Source: an uncultured virus (IMG/VR IMGVR_UViG_3300048503_000017)
Taxonomy: Duplodnaviria; Heunggongvirae; Uroviricota; Caudoviricetes
DNA: 30,670 nucleotides
Direction: 5' to 3' (one strand)
IMG/VR virus record: IMGVR_UViG_3300048503_000017
The notes beneath the pieces are model-generated. The model searched no databases, was not told the DNA's origin, and saw only the letters and a program-made list of their open reading frames with translations. How positions within the stretch are numbered: position 1 is the first letter of the stretch; each line of letters starts with the position of its first letter. This document shows, piece by piece, positions 15,008 to 22,084 of the stretch. The translations under genes and the position numbers were made by a program.

Positions 15008-15364
15008 TTACAGACCGGCAACTAGCAGATCAAACGAGTAACTGGCAAGGTTGGTCCCAGGACCGATTTCTCCCAATGGAGCGTTGGCGCCAGAATCCTG
15101 AAAAATCTGCAACTTCTGAGTCGCGGTATTCCACTGGGGGAAGTAAGCCGAACTTGGCTCAGGTCCGACAGTTCCTCCAACCGGAACGACAAACAACACC
15201 TTGGTCAAACCAACGTCGCCTCCGGTAAGAGGATTCCCACCGATTCCCTCGATGAGATACCCGCCCGAAGCATAGTCGGAGATATCAGGTTGCAGGGTGA
15301 CAAGCTCCCCCCTCAGATTTCCAAGAGAGAGATCGCCGTCCGGGTTCTTCTTGATTGTTGCCAT
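15008..15364 (-). CDS. Putative capsid-associated / decoration protein
   Basis: DYASGGY...PQWNTATQKLQIF...LGEI..GTNL pattern; GGAGG SD; second gene after the capsid gene. Confidence 0.6.
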   Translation of the reverse strand: MATIKKNPDGDLSLGNLRGELVTLQPDISDYASGGYLIEGIGGNPLTGGDVGLTKVLFVVPVGGTVGPEPSSAYFPQWNTATQKLQIFQDSGANAPLGEIGPGTNLASYSFDLLVAGL

Positions 15365-15376
15365 GAACGGCCTCCC

Positions 15377-16033
15377 TTAGATGATGTCGCAGCCAACGAG
15401 CACGTCGACCAAGCCGGCTGTGAGAGCCGACAAAACCGATGCCTGTCTGCCGAACGGTTGATAGGTTGCCGAGCTTCCGGCCGCGATTGAGTTCATGCTG
15501 AGAGTTCCTGCAACCGGAACTAGCCATGAGCCAATTCCAGCGGCAGACGAACCAGAGCAATACGCCTGCGACAAGAAGCCGGCGACTTGGATCATGATGT
15601 AGGAACCGACAAGTTGCGCCGCCGTCAAAGACGTGAGCGAAGTCGTGTTCAACATCATGAATCCGGCCGGGAAATTCAACCCGAGGGTCGTCCCTCCCAA
15701 TGCCTCAGTCGTGATTCCGGTGACTGTCGTGTAGGTTTCGTCCGTCCAGTAGACCGGAGCCGGAGCCGCAGCGGTCGTCAGGTTCCCCGTGGTGATTGCC
15801 GAAGTCGACAAATACTGGACGAGCATGAAGATTGCCGGAGAACCGCTTGGATTCGCCTGCAAACTCGTAGCGCCAGTGGTTGTACTGGTTACGCCGAAAT
15901 ACCTCTGACCGAGCACTTGGTTCTCGCCCAATCCCTTCCACGGAGCAAATGCGGTCGTGGGGTTGTAGAGATAGGTACGAGTTAAGCCTGTGTCGATCTG
16001 AAGAAGTTGATTGCTTACACCGAAAATTGCCAT
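15377..16033 (-). CDS. Putative capsid cement / decoration protein
   Basis: Ala/Thr/Gly-rich, directly downstream of the capsid gene, AAGGAG SD, YIMIQVAG motif. Confidence 0.6.
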   Translation of the reverse strand: MAIFGVSNQLLQIDTGLTRTYLYNPTTAFAPWKGLGENQVLGQRYFGVTSTTTGATSLQANPSGSPAIFMLVQYLSTSAITTGNLTTAAAPAPVYWTDETYTTVTGITTEALGGTTLGLNFPAGFMMLNTTSLTSLTAAQLVGSYIMIQVAGFLSQAYCSGSSAAGIGSWLVPVAGTLSMNSIAAGSSATYQPFGRQASVLSALTAGLVDVLVGCDII

Positions 16034-16048
16034 GTCATTCTCCTTTTC

Positions 16049-17029
16049 TCACAGGCCGCTAAAGTTCAGATTAAACATGAGCCTTGGCGCATCGAACACC
16101 AAGTCGCCGTCATAGAAATACTGGCCGGCCACGTCGTCAGTGTTCTGCGCTTCCTTCCACCCCGAGAACCCGAAAGCGTACTTCGGAATCGTCGACACGT
16201 AGAAGAAGATGTAGTTGGTGTTGAAGCCGTACATCTGGTAGGCACCGCCCAGCGTACTCAGGTACTGGTCGACAACCACCTGGCCTCCATTCCAGAAGAA
16301 CGAGCGGAATCCAACGTGAACGTCGGAGGTCTCGTCATTGAACCGCTGTTGCGGCTGGAGCTTGTTCCACATAGCATCCCACACCGGCTGTGTGGTCGTA
16401 ATCATGTCGACCTTCTCCTGGCCGAACCATGACGCACCGTAAGCCGTCTGCACAGCGCCCAGCGAGAATGCCGATGGAGCCAAGTAGTAAGCGTTGATGC
16501 CAGTGTTAGCCGCCGATGCGATGTCGGTTCTGGTGACACCGCCATACGTCGGATAGTTGGCCGGGATATTGATGGCCGCTGCCGCGCCGTCCAGATCGGT
16601 CGTAGAGTTCAACGAAGTCGAACCGTCTAGGCCGCCGTCTCCGTACAGGTTAATCGCAAGCAACTGCGCCATCGTACCGGAAGCGTTAATCATCTTCGAG
16701 CCGATGAAACTCAAAGCGCCTTCGGGACCACGGTTCAAAACCTGATCGGACCCATACAATGTGACGTTTACATAATATTGCTTCACATTGAAATAGAGCG
16801 CCGTGTCGGTCTGCACTGCGGATATGTCGAAGGCTTGGCCGCGCTGGTAGGAGCCGCCCTTGAGGGGCGCGTACATGATGTTGTGGCGGATCGTTAGACC
16901 GCCCTCGAACTGGAAGCGTCTTTTGTTCTTGAGCCGAGTCAGGACCGGCGAGTTCTTGAACACGGAGTCCACGATTCTCGGTACGATCTTGTCAACGGTT
17001 TTGCTCGTGAGGTCATTATAAGTGAGCAC
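16049..17029 (-). CDS. Major capsid protein (HK97 fold)
   Basis: 326 aa; IVDSVFKNSPVL..L, EGGLTI..NI.Y, LYGDG, TYGGVTR, QQRF...GFRSF...VVVD, YGFNTNYI; follows portal and scaffold. Confidence 0.9.
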   Translation of the reverse strand: MLTYNDLTSKTVDKIVPRIVDSVFKNSPVLTRLKNKRRFQFEGGLTIRHNIMYAPLKGGSYQRGQAFDISAVQTDTALYFNVKQYYVNVTLYGSDQVLNRGPEGALSFIGSKMINASGTMAQLLAINLYGDGGLDGSTSLNSTTDLDGAAAAINIPANYPTYGGVTRTDIASAANTGINAYYLAPSAFSLGAVQTAYGASWFGQEKVDMITTTQPVWDAMWNKLQPQQRFNDETSDVHVGFRSFFWNGGQVVVDQYLSTLGGAYQMYGFNTNYIFFYVSTIPKYAFGFSGWKEAQNTDDVAGQYFYDGDLVFDAPRLMFNLNFSGL

Positions 17030-17207
17030 GTTAAAGCCTCGATTCCGCCCATTCGGGCCTGAGATGCTGACAACTCGGCTTTCGCCGCTTCATCGTTCAA
17101 CAGGCTCTGCTAACGCTTCCTGTTGACTCATCCCTGCCAATCCCGAGTGGGTTCTGCACGAGGCTTCCCGCTTACAGATTGCAGTTGCGGTTTTGAAAGA
17201 ACCGCAA
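17030..17207 (-). promoter_or_regulatory. Structured 5' leader of major capsid gene
   Basis: Nested inverted repeats 17034-17041/17159-17166, 17047-17058, 17076-17087 (GAAA loop), 17097-17104/17119-17126 and 17185-17207. Confidence 0.6.
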
Positions 17208-17211
17208 AACT

Positions 17212-18138
17212 CTAAACCTTGCCGGCCTGGATCAATTCCTTTGCTCCCTCGACAACTCCTGCTTGTACGAGATCGCGTACATCAACCGGACCCTTGTCGC
17301 TGCCTGCGCTGTCATCCAACGCCTTTTGCAAAAGTCCCTTGGCATCACCGCCAAACTGTTGCGGAATGAAACGCTCCCCGCCGCCCGCCGGCATTCCACG
17401 ATCCGCAAGCCGCTTGTTGACTTCAGCTTCGATGTCGGCCTCACGCTGCTTCTTGGCCTTCACTGGCTCCATCAGTTTGTCTTCGAGAGCGTAAGGGTCA
17501 AACTTGTTCTCCTTACTCATCATCTCGAAAAACTCTTTCTGCTTGTCCGGCGTCCACTTCTCCCCGGATTCCTTCTCGTATCGTAGCGCCACAACTCCAT
17601 TGGCTGCGGCAAATCCAGCTACAAACGGGATGGTCTCCGAGTTGAACTTCGCTTCACGGGCCGTGAATCCATCCTCTACGGCCTTCTTCGTCTCGGCTGC
17701 GTAGAGTGCGGTTGCTTCTTCCCGCGTCAAACCGCCAGCTTGCTTGGCGATCTCCTGAACTTTCTTCGTAACCAGTTCGTCCAACTGCTTCGGGTCCATG
17801 TCTCCTCCAAGAGCTTTTGCCGCTTCAATCTGCCGTTCGAGTTCTGCCTTCTGGTCAGTCCAAAGGACTTTCCCTTCAGAATCGAGAACGCCTGCCTCTT
17901 CCAGAGCATGAAGTCTGTCGTAGGCTTCCTGCGACCAAGGCTCCATCTTTGCCTTGTACGCCACGGCTTCCTCGTACACAGTCTCTTTCGACTTCAACTC
18001 GTTCTGCTTGCGGCTGTAGTCGTCTTGGCGAAGCCACCCGCCTTTTAGTTCGGGTTCCTTTGCAAAAAGGTTGTCAATGAGCGTCTTCTCTTGGGCACTG
18101 AGCGCAGAGTAAATCCCTTCAAAGGTCTTGACTGCCAT
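17212..18138 (-). CDS. Capsid scaffolding protein
   Basis: Charged and helical; GWLRQDDYSRKQNEL resembles the QxDYT/SRK scaffold motif; directly upstream of the capsid gene. Confidence 0.8.
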   Translation of the reverse strand: MAVKTFEGIYSALSAQEKTLIDNLFAKEPELKGGWLRQDDYSRKQNELKSKETVYEEAVAYKAKMEPWSQEAYDRLHALEEAGVLDSEGKVLWTDQKAELERQIEAAKALGGDMDPKQLDELVTKKVQEIAKQAGGLTREEATALYAAETKKAVEDGFTAREAKFNSETIPFVAGFAAANGVVALRYEKESGEKWTPDKQKEFFEMMSKENKFDPYALEDKLMEPVKAKKQREADIEAEVNKRLADRGMPAGGGERFIPQQFGGDAKGLLQKALDDSAGSDKGPVDVRDLVQAGVVEGAKELIQAGKV

Positions 18139-18204
18139 CTCCCTTGTCCTTCCTCGCTTCCCTCATCGGGCTCCGTCGAGGCTACGGGCTGCGGGTGTTA
18201 ATGA

Positions 18205-18558
18205 TTATCCGGGCATCTGCCCCGGCATCGGAGGTAACTGAGGTTGCGGTGGGGGTGCGCCTGCTCCAGCCGCCGGAGGAGGACCTGCCATTCCCCCTGG
18301 CTGAGATTGAGGCCCCTTTTGCTGCGCCATTGCCGCTCCGGTCTTCAAGATGGCGATGGCTCTTGTTGCATAGGTGCGGAACGTGTCGTCGTTCACACCC
18401 ATTGCAATTTTCTCGATTGTCGAAACAGCCAAATCGATTTGGTTCTTGCCCACTTGCTCTTGAGCTTGCCCAATTGCTGAACCGAACCCGCTGCCGCCTG
18501 GAGGCCCCATTTGGGCCTGGGCTTGTGGTGACATCGGCGGTCTGTCGATTGGAGGCAT
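18205..18558 (-). CDS. Pro/Gln/Gly-rich hypothetical protein (head morphogenesis region)
   Basis: TGATG coupling; low-complexity termini around a helical core. Confidence 0.65.
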   Translation of the reverse strand: MPPIDRPPMSPQAQAQMGPPGGSGFGSAIGQAQEQVGKNQIDLAVSTIEKIAMGVNDDTFRTYATRAIAILKTGAAMAQQKGPQSQPGGMAGPPPAAGAGAPPPQPQLPPMPGQMPG

Positions 18559-18758
18559 CAGAATTCCGAGTTCCCAACCTGCGTTTTGCCGGTCTTCACG
18601 TTGACACTCGTGCCACGCGGTTCAACCGTGGTCATATCGCCTTCGTCAATGAAGGTTCCAACGGCTGCGAACTCGCCCTTCTTCATCTTCGGCGCCGAAG
18701 TCGCATCATAGTGACCGCCTACTGCAATGGGTGCGGCCATGCCCTTTCCATCTTTCAT
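18558..18758 (-). CDS. Hypothetical protein (66 aa)
   Basis: GAGGA SD; coupled to the downstream gene. Confidence 0.65.
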   Translation of the reverse strand: MKDGKGMAAPIAVGGHYDATSAPKMKKGEFAAVGTFIDEGDMTTVEPRGTSVNVKTGKTQVGNSEF

Positions 18759-18787
18759 GTGATTCCTCGTCGGATGGTTTGCTTGAG

Positions 18788-18815
18788 TTAAGGGGAGAGC
18801 TTTTGGCCCTCCCCC
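18788..18815 (-). terminator. Terminator-like hairpin
   Basis: GGGGAGGGC-caaaa-GCTCTCCCC followed by TTAA (weak U tract). Confidence 0.45.
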
Positions 18816-18847
18816 ACTTGCTGCCGGTCAAAACCGGCTAGCTCCGA

Positions 18848-18901
18848 TTAGCGCCGTACGTGCTTGACACGGGCCTTCTTGCCACGCTTGGTCTCGAACA
18901 T
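18848..18901 (-). CDS. 17-aa basic peptide
   Basis: Manual translation: MFETKRGKKARVKHVRR; strong AAGGAG SD 6 nt upstream. Confidence 0.6.
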   Translation of the reverse strand: MFETKRGKKARVKHVRR

Positions 18902-19096
18902 GGGATGCTCCTTTCCGGGTAGTTCGCCCTGGGTTTTATTTCGCCGGTGTTCTGGTTGCGGCCTCTCACCGCTGTACTGCTGGCGATCCCCGGAATGGAT
19001 ACCGGAGGTCTAATGCAGCAAGTAGTTAACTTGCCTCATTGAGCAAATGATTAAACAATTGTCCGAATGATTTCAAGCGAAATCGTAAAGAGAAAA

Positions 19097-20959
19097 TTAT
19101 TTATGGTGTGCCGCTCCCGGCTTTATGCCAGCAGCAGCCGCCGCAAGCGCCATCTGCTTTGCCTCTTCCGCAAGCTCTTCATCGTTCTCTTTCTGGTCTA
19201 TATTCCAATCTGGAACAGCGATGGCAAAAAACTTCTTGCGGCTCAAATCTCGATTCTTTCTCAGTCCGGCCGCAATCGAAATACGGTCCTGGCGCTGGAA
19301 TCCGAACAACGATCCCTGCTCGCATTCAAAGCCGAACTTACGGACGTGCGATTCAGAGTTCACACCTTCAGGTATCAAACTTCCCGGCCTATCGTCGATG
19401 TCCTCTTTCGTTAGTCCATCCATACCGAGAGTTTCAACGCGCCTTGCAGCGTCATAGAACTGTAGTGCTGTTCCGGTCCACAATTCTCCAACTTCATTCA
19501 CGCCCGTCTCAACGTTTGCGGCTTTGAACCTGATTGGTGTTGTCTTCGAGAACTGAATCTTTTCGAGTGTGTCTCCACCTGGAACCTGCTTCTTCCCGAG
19601 AGCTTGATTAACAGCATCGGTCCCTGAGTTCTCCTTGATCGTCCTTCTGAGCATCTCAAGCACTGGCAGTGGGTAGTTTCCAATATTTGGAGGAGCCTGC
19701 CACGTCGGACCTGTAATGGCATTCGAGTTGAAAGAGATTTTCAGGTTTGGCTTGTTGGCGTCTATAGCCTTCAATGCGTCTGGGTGAATAGCCGATTTTG
19801 GAGCCATCAAAGCCGGTGCTAGTGCTCTCTTCACAGCCAACAACAATCCCGACATAATCTGGTTCATGATGTCGTTTGTGTCCATCCACGGCTTCAATAC
19901 ACTCAAAGCGTACTGCTGCCACGGGACCGAGTGAAGACCCATCAAAACGAATGGCCTCTTGCGGTGGTAGTAGGGGTTGGGCTCATCGTATAGGGTCACT
20001 TTGTTCGAACGAATCACAAGCCTCCCACGAGGATAGAGCTTCTCTTCTGGTTTAACCCAGTATCCCCACGGTGCGCTGTTTGGGCTCTTTCCATCCCCAG
20101 GCCCCATCCATAATGTGTTGCGGCTTTCATTGATCGAATCGTCGTTCATCCAGAACTCGACTACTTCTGCCTCTGGATACTTGCTTCTCGCGCTCGACGC
20201 CTCAGACCCTCCCATAATACGTTTCCAGCCGGAATTCAACTGCTCAAACAATTGCGGCATGACCGTTGGAGGAACCTGTGGCTCAACACCGTAGGTGCTG
20301 TAATCTTCCTGCGGACGAACGTGCTTGCCCATATTCGGATAGGCTCTCTTGATCCAGTCGAGCGTCTCCCGGCGCCGGTAGATCACCATCTCGTCTTCTT
20401 GAAGATCATGAGGTCTTGTAGGCCCAAGCCGCATCAGGGCCTTGGGGTTCAAATGCTTCATGGAGATGTCGGCGTCACACGCATCCCCGCTCGTCCCTCT
20501 GGCAAACCGATTCCAGTAGAGGAGGACCGGCGAAGTCGTGAACATTCCGAACATTGTCCAGAACGCAAGCGTTTGATTGAATTTGTCCCTGCGAGCCCAA
20601 CCCTTGACCATCGCATTCAGAATCTTTGCGGTCTTCGAATAATCACCAGCAAACCCAACTTCCGAGATATGGAAGATCGGCCTTACATCGGTGAGCAGTC
20701 CTATCGTCTCCCAAAAATTCGAGAGAACCTCGTTCGACACCGGCTTTGGCCTGTAATTGGGGAGTTTCTCGCGCCATTGGATTCCGGCCAGATAATCGAT
20801 AGCCTCATCCATTGCCTTCAGTTCTGGAGTGGTCTTTTGGCGCGCAATTCCCTCGCTGAAACAGCCGTCAAGGAAATCGGCCATCTTGGAATAATATTCC
20901 AACAGATAGCGGTCTTCTACTTCAGGAGTCTTAGGAATGGGAGCTTGAAAGTCTGCCAT
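19097..20959 (-). CDS. Portal protein (P22-like)
   Basis: 620 aa; AIDYLAGIQW, PKPVSN, GLLTDVRP, VTLYDEPNPYYH.KRPFV, DIMNQIMS, IKENSG; lies between TerL and scaffold. Confidence 0.88.
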   Translation of the reverse strand: MADFQAPIPKTPEVEDRYLLEYYSKMADFLDGCFSEGIARQKTTPELKAMDEAIDYLAGIQWREKLPNYRPKPVSNEVLSNFWETIGLLTDVRPIFHISEVGFAGDYSKTAKILNAMVKGWARRDKFNQTLAFWTMFGMFTTSPVLLYWNRFARGTSGDACDADISMKHLNPKALMRLGPTRPHDLQEDEMVIYRRRETLDWIKRAYPNMGKHVRPQEDYSTYGVEPQVPPTVMPQLFEQLNSGWKRIMGGSEASSARSKYPEAEVVEFWMNDDSINESRNTLWMGPGDGKSPNSAPWGYWVKPEEKLYPRGRLVIRSNKVTLYDEPNPYYHRKRPFVLMGLHSVPWQQYALSVLKPWMDTNDIMNQIMSGLLLAVKRALAPALMAPKSAIHPDALKAIDANKPNLKISFNSNAITGPTWQAPPNIGNYPLPVLEMLRRTIKENSGTDAVNQALGKKQVPGGDTLEKIQFSKTTPIRFKAANVETGVNEVGELWTGTALQFYDAARRVETLGMDGLTKEDIDDRPGSLIPEGVNSESHVRKFGFECEQGSLFGFQRQDRISIAAGLRKNRDLSRKKFFAIAVPDWNIDQKENDEELAEEAKQMALAAAAAGIKPGAAHHK

Positions 20960-20968
20960 GTCGTTTTA

Positions 20969-20997
20969 ATCGTATCTCTCAACAGTTCAGTTTGCTA
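20969..20997 (-). promoter_or_regulatory. Putative promoter of portal gene (very short leader)
   Basis: TAGCAA, 17 nt, TACGAT, 9 nt before ATG; no SD. Confidence 0.35.
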
Positions 20998-21003
20998 CGA
21001 AAA

Positions 21004-21609
21004 TCAGAGCCAGTTGTTCTCAACCACATGCTTGATTACGCGCTCTGCCCACAACTTTGCGGTCTCCCCCTGGTCGCGGGCCTTCTCGACTACGGCACCG
21101 TAAAGACTTCCCAAGTTGATTAGTACGGCCCCCGGATTGCGCCCCTCGTAAATCGCAACGTCCTTCTTCGCTTCATCTGCAATCAACTTGGCGGTTTCAA
21201 GTTCCATCGAGAGGTTGTAGACCAACCCAAACAACTCAGATGCGCTTTCAGGCCGCTTTCCCAATAGTTCCTTCATCCGTTGGAGATCCGCTTCGGGAAC
21301 GATCACTACCTCCCCCTCAGCCAGCATTTGAATCAATCCAGAGACCGTTGCGTTTCCCCTGTCTCCAAACTTAGCTTCAAACTTTGTCTTCGCGGTCGGC
21401 GGTACAACCACTTCCATCTTGACGTGGTTCGGCTGGACCATCACTGGCGGCTTAGACTCTTCGTACTTCACTTGCGGGTTCAATCCAAGGAACGCTGCGG
21501 TGTCGTTCCATGAATGGCTACTGTTGGCCGAGCACACTAGCTTGCGATGTTCGGCGTTGACCTGTGCTCCGCATTGCGGGCAGGCATAACGGGTTTTTAC
21601 GATTGGCAC
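21004..21609 (-). CDS. Hypothetical protein with N-terminal zinc ribbon
   Basis: Start moved to GTG 21609 (GAGGAGG SD); YACPQCG...LVCSANSSH. Confidence 0.65.
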   Translation of the reverse strand: MPIVKTRYACPQCGAQVNAEHRKLVCSANSSHSWNDTAAFLGLNPQVKYEESKPPVMVQPNHVKMEVVVPPTAKTKFEAKFGDRGNATVSGLIQMLAEGEVVIVPEADLQRMKELLGKRPESASELFGLVYNLSMELETAKLIADEAKKDVAIYEGRNPGAVLINLGSLYGAVVEKARDQGETAKLWAERVIKHVVENNWL

Positions 21610-21624
21610 TTTCTTTCCCTCCTC

Positions 21625-21641
21625 ATTCCAAATTTTAGAAT
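21625..21641. repeat. Dispersed palindrome copy 5 (ATTCCAAA-T-TTTAGAAT, one mismatch)
   Basis: Between a stop codon and the SD of the next gene. Confidence 0.75.
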
Positions 21642-22075
21642 TAGTGTTTCGTCGTTTTGTGATAAGGGCAGCGGCAATGAAATCCCAATCGACAACTGCA
21701 ATCTGGTTCGGCGTAGAGATCGAGGATTCTCTCCTGTTCCGCAACCTTGCCTTTCACTTTGTCAGACCAATCTTTATCCACACATCTTTCAAGATCGGAT
21801 ACCGTGATGTTCCGGTAGTAGTAGTTTCCATCCCGCATACGGATTCCACCCTTGACGCAGATGCACCACTGAGCGGAGCAGCCTAAATCGTTAGGGTTCT
21901 CCCTAAAGCCAGTAAATTCCTTCCAAGTCACTTCGCCGGGGCCATTGCCTTGGAAGTAGTTCTTCCAATCGGTTTGCTTGCAGGTTCTCCAAAATCCACG
22001 TAGCCGGTAGAGCATTAAACCGAACCAGCCAACCTCAACTTCTTCGCCGTCATGATAAATCACAGATGCTTCCAT
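21641..22075 (-). CDS. Hypothetical Cys-rich protein
   Basis: GAGGAGG SD; C-terminal CSCRLGFHCRCPYH. Confidence 0.65.
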   Translation of the reverse strand: MEASVIYHDGEEVEVGWFGLMLYRLRGFWRTCKQTDWKNYFQGNGPGEVTWKEFTGFRENPNDLGCSAQWCICVKGGIRMRDGNYYYRNITVSDLERCVDKDWSDKVKGKVAEQERILDLYAEPDCSCRLGFHCRCPYHKTTKH

Positions 22076-22084
22076 ATTTCCTCC

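Noticed and set aside
17040..17160. Hammerhead ribozyme or group I intron in the capsid leader
   Set aside because: No CUGANGA core on either strand, too short for a group I intron, and no open frame links scaffold to capsid.
18980..19040. Resemblance to a c-di-GMP-I riboswitch (GGCAA...GCA...CCUCCGG...CGGGG)
   Set aside because: Lacks the GNRA tetraloop/receptor and the GCAAAG spacing; cannot be supported without a covariance-model search.
19679..19691. One-mismatch palindrome TCCAATATTTGGA inside the portal gene (and a weaker one near 13940)
   Set aside because: Intragenic and imperfect, so it may be chance; not counted among the seven sites.
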